Assembly (NCBI GenBank): GCA_036785375.1
Contig: JAWMAR010000551.1
Span: 372,001 to 436,000 of the forward strand
Direction: 5' to 3'
DNA length: 64,000 bases
DNA from: Leucoraja ocellata
Taxonomy: Eukaryota
The position numbers and the translations under genes are program-made. Below, piece by piece: positions 51,890 through 64,000 of the stretch (position 1 is the stretch's first letter; each line of letters opens with the position of its first letter). Below the pieces are notes generated by a model. It ran no database searches. It was given only the letters and a program-made list of their open reading frames with translations, and was not told the origin of the DNA.

Positions 51890-53150
51890 GACTAGTGGTG
51901 TGCCTCAGAGGTTGGTACTGGGTGCATTGTTATTCGTCATCAATAGCAACAATTTGAATGATAACATACAAGGAAGGGTTAGTAAATTTGCAAATTACAT
52001 TCAAATAGGTGGTATCGTACACAGTGACGAAGATTGTCAAGAATTACAGTGGGAATTTGATTACCTGGGTAGGTGAGCCGAGGAATGGCAAATGGTGTTT
52101 AATTCAGAAAAATACGAGGTACTGCATTTTGGAAAAACAAACCAAGGTAGGACTTTCATGGTGAATGGTAGGGCCCTGGGGAGTGGGTTAGAATAGAGAC
52201 ACCATGACGTATAAGTGCCTGATTACTTGACTGTGCTACCACAGCTGGACAGGGTGGTGTAGGCGGTTATAGGCAGACTTGCCTTCATTAGTAAAAGGCA
52301 CTGAGGATGTTGTAATGTTATGTCACTGTTGTACAAGATGTTGGTGATGCTGCACTTGGAGTTTTGTGTTTAGTTGAGGTGACCCTGGTATCAGAAAGAT
52401 GAATAAAGCTGTGAGGGGTGCAGAGAAGATTAGGTGATTGTTGGCATGACTTTGAGGAACTGAGTTATAGGGAGAGGTCATACAGTAGGTGGAGTTTGGC
52501 AGTTGGGAATTTATTCCTTGGAGCACAGGAGAATGAAGGGCGATCTTGTAACTGTGTATAAAAGAATGAGGGGCATAGGTGCGGTGAATATAGATAGTCT
52601 TTTCACAGGATTGGGGAATCAAGAACTAGAGGACATAAGTTTAGGATGAGATCCTCTCTCATCTTAAACTTATGCCCTCCAGTTTTAGACTCTCCTACTT
52701 TGTAAATACAAACTGTGATTACCTACCCTAAGTATGTCCCTTATAAATCTTTATAAGGTCACTGCCCAGCCTCCTTTGCTCCAGTCTTTCTTATAACTCG
52801 TCTTCCAGTGCTGGGAACATCTTTGTGAATCTTTTTCTGCACCCTCTCTAGGTTATTCACACCCTTCCTATAACTAGGCAATGAGATAGTCCAATAGTTC
52901 ATTTGCAGTCTCACCAATATTTTTTACAACTGAAACGGGATGTCCCAACTCTTGGACCCAATGCCCTGACCATTGAATGCCATACAATATCTTCACCACC
53001 CAGTTTATCCGTACTGTCATTTTAAGGGTACTGTGTACTTGTACTCCGTACTTGTACTCCTGGGTCTCCCTATTGTCCAACACTCCTCCGCGCCCTGCCA
53101 TTCACTGTTTACGTCCTGAGTTGGTTTAATTTCCCGAAACGCATGACTTC
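51890..53150. mobile_element. Two degenerate CR1 RT/3' fragments in opposite orientation
   Basis: The + fragment (to ~52650) gives TSGVPQRLVLGALLFVI...KFANY; a - fragment follows from ~52650. Confidence 0.7.
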
Positions 53151-53427
53151 ACTTTCAGGGTGTCACAAAGTTGGTGATGTAGTGTGAAGAACAGTTATTG
53201 TTTTTAATAAAGGAAAGAAAGAGGCTAATTTGCAAATGGCAGACTTTCGCTGGTAGTGACCAGAAACATAGGTTCAGGGTGAAATGTTGATCAGGACACT
53301 GGATTTTTTTCAACTCAGGTCAAGGCGATCTTTTATTCTTTGTTTTAAAGTATAATTTGAGAGGGGAACATAATTAAAAGAAACTCAATGTCAGAACAAC
53401 TCTTAAAAGTATGTGCATAGAGAGAGT

Positions 53428-53429
<2 letters not shown>

Positions 53430-53462
<33 letters not shown>

Positions 53463-54330
53463 ATTTAATTGTCATTTGGATCCCTAGAGGTCCAAACGAA
53501 ATGCCGTTTCTGCAGCCATACATTACACACAAATAGACCCAGACACAACATAATTACATTTTACATAAACATCCATCACATAGCTGTGATGGAAGGCCAA
53601 AAAAAAAACTTATCTCTCCACTGCACTCTCCCCCCCCCGATGTCAGAGTCAAAGTCAAAGCCCCCGGCTGGCGATGGCGATTGTCCCGCGGCCATTGAAG
53701 CCACGCCGGGTGGTGCGAGGTCGCACACCGGGTCTTGGTGTTGGAGCCCCCGGTGTGCGCTCGCAAAGTCCCGCGGCCATTCCAGCCGCGCGGGGCGGTG
53801 TAGTGAGGCCCCGCTCCAGGAGCTCTTCAACCCCGCAACACGGGCGGGAGAATTCGCCGTTGCAGGAGCCCCGAAAAGCGGTATCTCTCCAGGGATCCGC
53901 GGGCTCCCGGCGCCGCTGTCCGCAGACCCGCAGTAGCAGCCTCCGACTCAGCAGCGGCATCGGCAGCAGCAGCAGCAGCAGCAGCAGCGGCAGCAGCAGC
54001 AGCAGCGCTCCTCCACCGCTCCAACCGCTCCGGACTCGGCCAGCCCCGCGACGGCGACGGTGAGTAGCACCAGAGTCCCCGGCTTCTTCCTGTTGGAGGC
54101 CGCTCCTCGTTGCGGCCCCAACGACAACGGAAACCCGACGAGAAAAAAATCGGGTCTCCAGTGCAGGGAGAGATTTAAAAAGTTTCCCCCCCCCTCCCAC
54201 CCCACCCCCACCCCCCCACACACACACCCCAACAAAAAATAACAAAAACTACATTAAAACACAGACAGAAAATAATAAAAACGCGGACAGACTGCAGAGG
54301 CCGCTGCTGGCCAGAGCCGCGCCGCCTACC
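53430..54330 (-). mobile_element. GC-rich non-coding retroposon-like element, copy 4, with an internal (CAG)n tract
   Basis: On the minus strand: GGGGGAAAC, hairpin at 54129-54159, and tail CATTTCGTTTGGACC...GATCCAAATGACAATTAAA plus (CT)n. The (CAG)n tract is at about 53950-54006. Confidence 0.6.
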
Positions 54331-55619
54331 GGGCATAGCAATCTGTGGTGTGAATTTGTGGAATGGTCTGGAACAGGAGATAAAACTTAGCACAAGCATA
54401 ATTCAGTTTAAAAAGATGTACAAAAACACTTGCTTAAAAGGATATTAGGATGAGGATAGGTGATTGTGAGTGGGATATTTGTTATACTGATTGTATTGGG
54501 AAGGGTGATTATAGAGTGATGGGTTGTATATGTGACTAAGATAAGTCCCGCAGGCGCGGGCACACCGCGACGCCCTGTGTCTCCCTTTCAAGGGAGATGC
54601 TAAAAATGCATTTCGTTGTCTCTGTACTGTACACTGACAATGACAATAAATTGAATCATTTCATTTCATTTTTTCATACTGTATAGTATAAGGGTTTTTT
54701 CTTTTCTTTTTCTTTTTTTCTTTTTTGTGTGGCTTTGTAAATATTTGATTAGTGTATAAATGTAAATAATTTGGTGTATATATAGTGGCTGGTGTACATA
54801 TGGTGTACATATAGCTGCTAAATTTGAATAAGATAATTACAAGCAGTTGAATAAGGGGGTGGGAATTAATAAGCTTTGGCTTCTTCCTGCTCCTTTTCGG
54901 ACACATACGATTTCATTTATTTATAGATATTGTTTATGACACTTTATAAATATTCTTGTTTTGTTTTTTTGTCTGCTTTTTATTCTTTTATTCTGTTCGA
55001 AATAAATAATAAAAAAAATAAAAATAAATTAAAAAAGTCTCAACCAAAAGATGGCCCCTTTGACAGTGCAACACCTCCTGAGTAGCCCTTCAAAACCGTA
55101 GTATAGTGACACTTGTCTTTTGTGCTTAGATCAACCTCAGATGCAAGAGAAATCTGAAGACATGACATTCTGACTTTTAGTTAAGAGTGCCACCCTCCGA
55201 AACCCAGCCATATGCTCAACATGAAGGCAATTCTAATGAATGGAAATACCCAGTAGGTCAGGCAGCATCCATGGAAAGTGAGACAGTTACCATTTTAGTC
55301 TGGAACCTTTCATTAGGACAGGAAAGAATGAAAACAAGTTACTTTTCAGCCGCAGATAAGGTGATATTTCTGAGCCAATCTGTGGCCACTACGCAACCCA
55401 ATTGGACAAGTTTGCTTTAAGGCAATTACTTAGCCATCTTACCCTTTCCCTATGGACCCCAACCCTCTCCTGTGGCATCACACTTTGATTCATACTCAAT
55501 TTAGTACAAACCATCCTCTACATTGTACTTTAGTGAAAACTATTTGAAAGTCCATACTTCCACTGCAGTTCCTTTATCATAACTGTTCATAAATTCATAA
55601 ACTTCTTATGTGGAGCTCG

Positions 55620-58600
55620 GAGAAGCAACAAGCAGAAGCAGAGAGAAGAGACTATTGGTTTGAAAGTCCATGAGAAAGAAAGTGAGTGACAGGGAAAGAC
55701 AGTTTAAAAAGAGCGCCAAGACCCAGGTTCAGGTAATTTACTAATTGGCCCTAAAGTATTTAATTAGGTAAGAGATTAAAAACATGTGCAGTTGTAGCTG
55801 AGCGGCCTTGGTGAGGTGAAGTGCCTTGGTGAGTAAAGTGTGAGTGTTTGGCTCAAGAGTCTTCGGTGAGGAGGCTGAGGCAAGAAGGCTACACTTGATC
55901 GAAATTTGTGATTTTTGCCCACTGAAGCAATGGCAGGCAAGTTGGTGCAGTGTGTTTCCTGCAGGATGTGGGAAGTCAGGAACACTGCTGGAAACCACAC
56001 CTGCGGAAATTGTGTCCAGGTGCAGCTCCTGAATAAACATGTTGGGGAACTGGAGCAGCAGTTGAATGACCTCGGGGCCATCAGGGAAAATGAGAATTTC
56101 CTGGACAGGACCTACAGTGAGGTTGTCACACCAAGGATACAGGAACAGCGAAGATGGATGACTGTGAGAAAGAGGAGTAAACGTGGAGTGCGGGAGACTC
56201 CGGTGGCTGTACCTACTGAAAACAGGTACACCCTCTTGGAAGCGGAGGACGACGAGATTGAGTGGTAGCCAGGGCTGTGATTCCAACCCTGGTGCTGAGG
56301 CTCAACGGGGAAGAATGACGTCAAGCAGAGCCGTAGTGGTGGGAGACGCCATCGTCAGAGGTGGGGATCGGAGATTCTGCAGCAGCAGGCGAGACTCCAG
56401 GCTGGTGTGTTGCCTTCCTGGTGCCAGGGTCCAGGACGTCTCGGAGAGGCTGCACGATATCCTCAAGAATGAGGGGGAGCAGACAGAGGTTGTTGTGCAT
56501 GTTGGCACGAATGATATAGGTCGGAAGAGGAAGGAGGTTCTGCAACAAGATTCTATGGAATTGGGCAGAAGATTGAAAAGCAGGACCTGCAGGGTAATGA
56601 TCTCAGGATTGCTTCCAGTACTTTGTGCTAGTGAAGATGAGAATAGGAAGATAGAGGATATGAATGTGTGGATGAGGAGTTGGTGCACGGGACTGGGATT
56701 CAGATTTCTGGATCATTGGGATCGCTTCTGGGCCAGGGGTGATCTATATAAAAGGGACGGGCTGCACCTAACCTGGAGTGGGATAAATATCCTAGTGGAA
56801 AGGTTTGCAAATGCTACATGGGAGGGTTTAAACTAGATTGGCAGGGGGTGGGATCTCATGCAGGACAGAGGCACAGGAGAGACTAGAAGTCGGTATGGAG
56901 GGTGGTGTGGGAAAGGTTAATGGACAAAATAGGCAAAAAGCCGGAGAGCGAGGAAGGAGAGTTGGTTTAAACTGCACGTATTTTAATGCAAGGGGCTTGT
57001 CGGGTAAGGCAGATGAGCTTCGGGCGTGGATGGGTACGAGCGACTGGGACGTTGTAGCAATCACTGAAACCTGGTTTAGGGAGGGGCAGGACTGGCAGCT
57101 CAATGTTCCGGGGTACAGGAGCTTCAGGAGAGGCACGGGTGAGGACAAAAGTGGATGGGGAGTTGCATTGTTGGTTGAGGAGGATGTTACGGCTGTGTTC
57201 GGAGGTGATATTACGGACGGTTTGTCTAGTGAGGCTATATGGGTGGAGCTGAGGAACAAGAAAGGGATGATCACCTTGTTGGGGGTGTACTACAGACCCC
57301 CAAATAGTCAATGGGAATTAGAAAAGTAAATGTGCCGGGAGATTGCAGACAGCTGCAGGTCTACTAAGGTTGTTGTAGTAGAGGATTTCAACTTTCCCAA
57401 TCTAGACTGAGAAAATCATAGCGTGAAGGGTTTAGATGGGGTGCAATTCTTCAAAGATGTTCAGGAGAGTTTTCTTAAGCAGTATGTGGCGGCCCCCACA
57501 CGTGAGAGGGCAACGCTGGATCTAGTATTGGGAAATTGGGAAGGGCAAGTTAGGTGAAGTGTGTGTGGAGGAGCCTTTTGGGACCAGTGACCACAGTTCG
57601 ATTAGGTTTAAGATAATGATGGATCGGGATGGAGAGGGTCCACGTGCTGAAATGCTCAACTGGGGTAAGGCCATCTTTGAGGGTATGAGAGAAGGTCTAG
57701 CTCAAGTTGACTGGAGCAAGTTATTTGAGGGGAAAGGAACATCGGCCAAGTGGGATGTTTTTAAAAGTGTTCGGAGGAGGGCTCAGGATATGTACATCCC
57801 CGTTAGAGTGAAGGGCAAAGCAGGCAAATGTAAGGAAGCTTGGCTGACGAGGGATATAGAGGCATTGGTTAAGAATTAAAAGGACGCATGGGACGTATAG
57901 ACAGCTGGGATCAAGCGCATCCCTGGAGGAGTTGTGGGAACTAAGGAGCAAACTAAAAAAGATCAGAAATTATCATTGGTATCATTTAAAAATAAATTGG
58001 ATAGGCATATTGATGAGAAGGGAATGGAGGGTTATGGTATGAGTGCAGGCAGGTGGGACTAAGGGTAAAAAAAAAAAAAAAATGTGTTCGGCACGGACTT
58101 GTAGGGCCGAGATGGCCTGTTTCCGTGCTGTAATTGTTATATGGTTATATGGTTATAAGTGCAAAAAGGGGCCAGGAGATAGTTCTGGCGGGTTGCATAA
58201 AAGACAATCCCAAAAGATTTTATAAATACATTGGGGAGAAAAGGGTAACTTGAGAGAGAGTGGGACCTCTCAGGAATAAAAGAGGTCACCTCTGTGTGGA
58301 GCCACAGGAGATGGGCAAAGTCCTCGGTGAATATTTCTGTGTATTTACCGAGGAGAAAGAAAGTAAGACGGAGAAAATTGGAGCAGTCGCTGGAAGTGTC
58401 ATGAGAGCAGTCAGTGTTACCGTCAACGAAGTACTGAAGGTACTGTGGTAGAAGGTAGACAAATCTCCAGGGCCTGATCTGACATATCCGAGGACATTGG
58501 GGGAAACTAGAGAGGAAATTACGGGAGCCCTGGTTGAAATTTATGAATCGTCCTTACAGGAGACGTGCCAGAGGATTGGAGGGTGGCAAATATTGTGCCT

Positions 58601-60013
58601 CTTTTCAAGAAGAGCTGCAGGGAAAATGCTGGGAACTATAGGCCGGTGAGCTTAACATCTGTAGTTGGTAAGTTACTGGAGAGTATTCTGAGGGATAGGA
58701 TATACAGGCATTTGGATGGGCAAGGGCTGATTAGGGTCAGTCAGCATGGTTTTGTACATGTGAGGTCGTCTCCCACAAATCTGATTGATTTATTTGAAGA
58801 TGTGACCAAAAAGGTTGATGAGGGCAGAGCTGTCGATGTTGTGTACATGGCTTTTAGTAAGGCATTCGTCAAGGTGCCACATGGTAGGCTGCTCTGGAAG
58901 GTTAGATCTCATGGGATCCAAGGAGAGATAGCTGAATGGATATCAAATTGGCACCATAGAAGGAAGCAGTTGGAAGGTGGTGGAAGGTTGCTTCTCAGAC
59001 TGGAGGTCTGTGACTAGTGGTGTGCCTCAGGGTTCTGTGGAAGGCATGTTACTGTTTGTCATCTACATCAATGTTTTGGATGAGAACATACAGGGCAAGA
59101 TTAGCAAGTTTGCTGATGATACAAAGTTAGTGGTTTTGCAGATAGTGAAGATCGTTGTCCACGATTGCAGCAGGATCTGGATCGATTGGCCAGGTGGGCA
59201 GAGGATTGGTTGATGGAATTTAATACAGAGATATGTGAGGTGTTACATTTTGGGACGTCGAACAAAGGCAGGACCTAAACAATAAATGATAGGCCTCTGG
59301 GTAGTGTTGTAGAGCAGCGGGATCTAGGTGTGCAAGTACATGATTCTATGAAGGTCGAGTCGCAGGTTGATAAGTTGGTCAAAAAGGCTTTTGGCACTTT
59401 GGCCTTCATCAGTTAGAGTATTGAATATAGAAGTTGGGAGATCATGTTGCAGTTCTATAAGATGGTGAGACCACATTTAGAATATTGTGTTCAGATTTGG
59501 GCACCATGTTATAGGAAAGATATTGTCAATCTTGAAAGGGTTCAGAAAAGATTTATGAGGATGTTGCCAGGACTAGAGGGTGTGAGCTATAGGGAGAGGT
59601 TGAGTAGGCTGGGTCTCTATTCCATGGAATGCAGGAGGATGAGGGGAAATCTTATAGAGGTATACAAAATCATGAGAGGAATAGATCGGATAGATGCACT
59701 TTTACCCAGAGTAGGGAAATTGAGGACCAGAGGATAAAGGTGAAGGGGAAACAATTTAAAAGGAATCTGAGAGGTAACTTTTTCACACACAGGGTTGTGG
59801 GTGTATGGAACAAGCTGCCAGAGGAGATAGTTGAGGCTAGGACTATCCCATCATTTAAGAAGCAGTTGGACAAGTACATGGATAGGACAGGTTTGGAGGG
59901 TTATGGACCAAGCACAGACAAGTGGGACTAGGGTAGCTGGGACAATGTTGGCCGGTGTGGGTGATTTGGGCCGAAGGGCCTGTTTCCCACACTGTATTAA
60001 TCTATGACTATGA
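55620..60013 (+). mobile_element. Near full-length, inactivated CR1-clade (HER1-like) LINE
   Basis: ORF1 has a CxxC..CxxC finger (VQCVSCRMWE...TCGNC), a zipper and an SGNH esterase (VVGDAIVR, HVGTNDI, DGLHL). ORF2 has APE (YFNARGL, ITETW, VYYRPP) and RT ([23 protein letters not shown]). Multiple stops and frameshifts; a short CR1 tail is inserted at about 57980-58157. Confidence 0.93.
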
Positions 60014-61279
60014 CATAGGAGTGGAAATAGTAATTTTGGCTCATCGAGTCTACTACGCCATTCAATTATGGCTGATCTATGTTTCCCTCTCACCCTCCTT
60101 CTCACCGTAACTTGAGATCCTTACTAATCAAGAACCTGCCGATCCCTGTTTTAAAAATACCCAATGACTTGGCCTCCACAGCCGTCTGTGGCAATGAATT
60201 TGTGTGAGTGGTTAGGATCTGGAATACACATCCAGAAGTAGCAGAGGAGACGGATTCAATTGTAATGTTTGAAAGGGAGCTGGGTAAATAGCTGAGGATT
60301 AAAAAACATCAAAGCTTTGGGGAGAAGATGGAACGACGGGACCAACTGAAATGCTCTTACGGAGTGAGTACCAGTATGAATTTGATCGTCCAAATGGCCT
60401 TTTTCGTTGCTCTGATACCAGCTCAAGGGCCGAGTAGGATATTTAGTGGCTCGAGTGATTCAGCCACTTGCTATGTCTCATCCATGACTTATGCGTGCAC
60501 AATCAGTATTGCAGCATTTAAACTAATTTAGGTGGAAGACTAAACTTCAACATCCAGTCATATTTGGAGATCCACAGGGTAAACAGCTACACACAATGAA
60601 ATGAAAACGGATCAGATTTAATATGAATTCCCCAAATTACCCAGTCAGTTATAGAAGTTTAGTTTGTTTTTAATGGATGTCTCCCTTTTAAATATTCTAA
60701 GTAATTAATTACTATTCACACAAAAAATACAAATCTGGGGGCAATTTAAGGCTGCTTGATTACTTTGAGACCGATATTCCTTAAAACACAGATGCTCTTT
60801 GTATTACGGACAGATTCCTATTCCCTGCACTTCCATGTGTCTATCTAAAAGAAGAAAATATGCATACATCAGTTAGATTTCTCACTTGTTGAAAATGTGA
60901 ATCAATTTATTCATTAAGGTTAGATAGGCTTTATTCGCTTTGCATGAGGTCTCCAGGAAGCATGAGACATCTCAGCAGTTTAAATCAAATACTAAACAAG
61001 TTTAATTGGGCTCATTACAGAAACCTTTCTTTGGTTTCAATGCAAGGATGGAAATCTGCTGGTATGGGGAGCTGGTGTCCATGAGGATGAGCAAAAACAT
61101 GAACTGAAGTAACCTCCGGTGAGAAAAGAGTGAAAGGTATGGGTGGAATGTGAACATTAATTTGTAATTCCTGAAAGTACCCACAGCCCCATTTCTAGTG
61201 ATACTATTTATAATCTGAAAGATTGTTACGGGCAAAGCAAATTGCAGTAATTCAGAACAATCATGAGAAAATATATTGA

Positions 61280-62400
61280 ATTGAAATAGTATAGTGGTGT
61301 GGGTTGAGTTTTGCTTAATAGATGGGATAGGGGGAGGAATCTGTTCTGGTCATGAAGCTATGACTAATGGGGTGCTGTGGGGAATGATGCTGGGGCCACG
61401 ACTATTATCAATCCACTTATTATTTATTTGGGATGGAAATTGTGTGCTACAAGTCTGATACAAAGCTAAGTTCTGATGAGGAGGCAGGGAAGTTTCAGGG
61501 CGATGATGTCTGGTGGATGAGGACTTGAGAGATGGAATGTGACAAGGAGATACATGAGCTCATCCACCTTGGTGACTCAAATAGGGAAATGGAATATTGT
61601 TTTTTAATTGTGAGAAATCAGAAGGTGTTGGCATTCAGAGGGAACTGGATGTCCTTGTGCACTAATCTCTGAAAGTTAACAGGCATGAATTGCAAGCAAT
61701 TAGAAAAGAAAATAGCAATTGAATCACAGAATTGTCTATCTATAAAGAACAAAAATAGGCCCTTCAGTCCAACTCATCCATGCTGACTAGGCTGGTGAAC
61801 TGAGCTTGTTCTTATATATGCCTGGCCCATATCCCTTCAAACCTTCCCTGTCCATGTATCTAATTTTTGTTTAATGTCATAATTGTAGATGCCTCAATCA
61901 CATCCTCTGGCAGCTTGTTCCATGTAGGCATCGCCTTCTGTTGAGAGCACACTTGAATATTTGTAAGATTTGTTCCTCAACCTGAGTGCTATGGAGGCTA
62001 ACCACATTGATTACTAAAATGCCAGATTTAATGTTTGTAGAGGAAATAAGCACACAGCGCTTATGCTTATTTGAGTTTAGGTGATCTAATTGAAATATGC
62101 AAAATTCATCTGGTATTTGACAGGGAAGCCTTGGAGGTGATGTGTCTATGAGGTGTGCTGTATATAGACAATGGTCACACCATCATTATAATAGGTTGAC
62201 TATTCTGGAGAAGAGATGCCCACCCTGAGGGTAGTGAACCTTTGGACCTCCCTATCCAAGAGGACTATGCACACTCAATTCGGAACCAGGGATATTAAGG
62301 GAAAGAGGGGATATGGGACGAGTGCAGGAAAGTGGGGCTGAGATAAAAAATTAACCATCTGCTTGTTGAATGGCGGGGCGGAATGCTGTACTATTGCTCC
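61280..62400 (+). mobile_element. Highly decayed CR1 RT/3' remnants
   Basis: TGACTAATGGGGTGCTG...TGCTGGGGCC (decayed GVPQGSVLGP), GGTGATCTAATTGAAA and GGGGATATGGG..TGCAGGAAAGTGG. Confidence 0.55.
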
Positions 62401-62839
62401 TAAACCTTATGATGTACGGCCTTGGATGAATGCAAAGTAAAGATCAAAAAAAGATCTGTAAATCGCATCTCACAGAAATACTGTTTTATTCACAGAACCT
62501 GTTGTGAAAAGCAATTAAAACAATGTAATTTTTTGAAACAAAATAATGAGAATTGTTCTATTCTTGCACCTGATGATGTAGTGCTTTGAAAAGCCTCATA
62601 ATTGCTGTTGCATTGAATGGAGATAACAAACTTTTATTGACCCATTACTTGTTCAGCAAAAATCACATTATGCAGATAAACAGCCTGTTTTTTCTTTGTT
62701 TTTATTATTTTCCATTCTGGAAATCCACAAATTAAATTTCTTTATGCTCACCTGATTTTGGAGGATGCGAAAGTGCTGGAGAGGGTGCAGTAAAGATTCA
62801 CACAAAGGGTTGTGGTGCTGAGAGATTTCACTTCATCAG

Positions 62840-63803
62840 GAGGAGGAGCCATCCTGGGGAACGTCTGCTAATCAGCAGCTGTCCGTTCAATTCACTTTTT
62901 TAAAATTATTTTTTAGTGAATTTTGTCCTATGTTTGTTGGGGAATTTGACTTTTTTATGTGGGGGCGTGAAGGGGGAAACTATTTTCTAGGTCCCTACCT
63001 GGTCGGTGAGGCAGCTTTTTCCCCGGGCTGCACCGTCGACCCGTCCTTGCGGCCTACCAGCGGGAGTGGAGCGGCGTTTTCCTGGCGGGGACCGCCCAGC
63101 ACCTTCAGCTTCGGTGGCAGCACAGCGCTGGAGCGCTATCGCGGAGCGGAGCGGGCGATGCCTTGCCTAGTTCGCGGCGCTAGGTCGCCGCGCTGGAGCT
63201 CCGGTATGCTGAGACCGCCGTGATCAACATCATCGAGCTGCAGGACTGTGTAGCAGCCAGCCGCCTGAGCCTCGGAGCACCAACCGGCGCGGCCCTATCG
63301 GCTTCGGAATGCCACAGACTCCGATAGGGAATCAGCCGTCCCAGCCGTCCCAGCCGCTGTGAGGACTCTCCCGACGCCGGAGCAACACCACCCGGCGAGA
63401 ACGGCCAGGAACATTGGGCCTCCGTAGAGGCAACTGTGGAGGCCTCAATAGGCCTGACTATGGGAGATCTGGGGATGGGGACTGGACATTGTGCCTTCCC
63501 CCACAGTGGTAACCATTGTGGGGGGATTTTGTTTTGTGTGTAAATGATTATTTTATTCTGTGTCCAAGATGGCTGCCAGAAGGGAGAGTGTACGCTGGCG
63601 CGCTTTAGCTGCCGCTGCTCTCTCTTCATATTGTGTTTTTGATTTTTGTCTTTGGATTGAATTCTGTCTTTAATTTGTGTACTGGTGATGTCTTTACTAT
63701 TTATTTCATTCCGCTTACATGTTTTTCTCTATTTGCTAAATTTTATAAGGTGTCCTTGAGACTCTTGAAAGGCGCCCATAAATAAAATTTATTATTATTA
63801 TTA
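62840..63803 (+). mobile_element. GC-rich non-coding retroposon-like element, copy 5 (L2-like tail)
   Basis: GGGGGAAAC, hairpin at 63001-63041, GCGGCCTACCA. It ends TAAGGTGTCCTTGAG...GAAAGGCGCCCATAAATAAAA plus (TTA)n; continuity of head and tail is inferred. Confidence 0.55.
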
Positions 63804-64000
63804 CTATAAAGTTAAACTGATGTCAACATCAAAATGCAGATTTGCTCTGCCATTCATTCAATAGCTGTCATGACTTTTCACCTTTCTTAATACTATATTC
63901 CTACATTCATCCCATTTGCCCCAATACCTTCTGTTTTAGGAATCTGTCTGCCCTTTTCTTATCCAGTGACTTGGCCTCTGTAAACCCCTTGTGGTAGCAA

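Noticed and set aside
53469-54245. Poly-Leu/Ser/Ala/Cys ORFs
   Set aside because: These are alternative readings of a (CAG)n tract inside a GC-rich repeat element.
55915-59931. Active CR1 element
   Set aside because: There are stops at 56266-56268 and 57327-57329, many frameshifts and an internal insertion.
41342-64000. SLC46-like exon 2
   Set aside because: I looked for a phase-0 acceptor followed by transporter-like sequence and found none; it probably lies beyond the window, but I may have missed it.

Overview
Repeat-dense vertebrate genomic DNA, most likely from a cartilaginous fish (skate/ray). This is inferred from HE1-like V-SINEs, HER1/CR1-like LINEs, Rex1/Babar LINEs and Penelope-like element (PLE) remnants. 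Most ORF-track entries are retroelement fragments or noise. The only recognisable host coding sequence is a first coding exon of an SLC46-family (PCFT-like) transporter at 41240-41341 (+); I found no exon 2, so the rest of the window is probably its intron 1. Several nested transposon stacks have readable termini and target-site duplications (TSDs): a Helitron holding CR1, a Harbinger-type MITE and a hAT; a deleted Gypsy element; and a hAT-like element carrying a copy of nearby DNA. The most notable observations are: (i) five divergent GC-rich non-coding elements that keep a covarying stem-loop module but end in different LINE-like tails; (ii) many minimal hammerhead-ribozyme motifs in PLE termini; (iii) an in-frame repeat-rich upstream ORF before the SLC46 exon; (iv) a cryptic 16-bp periodic array. 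All family assignments come from motif recognition by eye, with no database search, and boundaries of degenerate elements are approximate.
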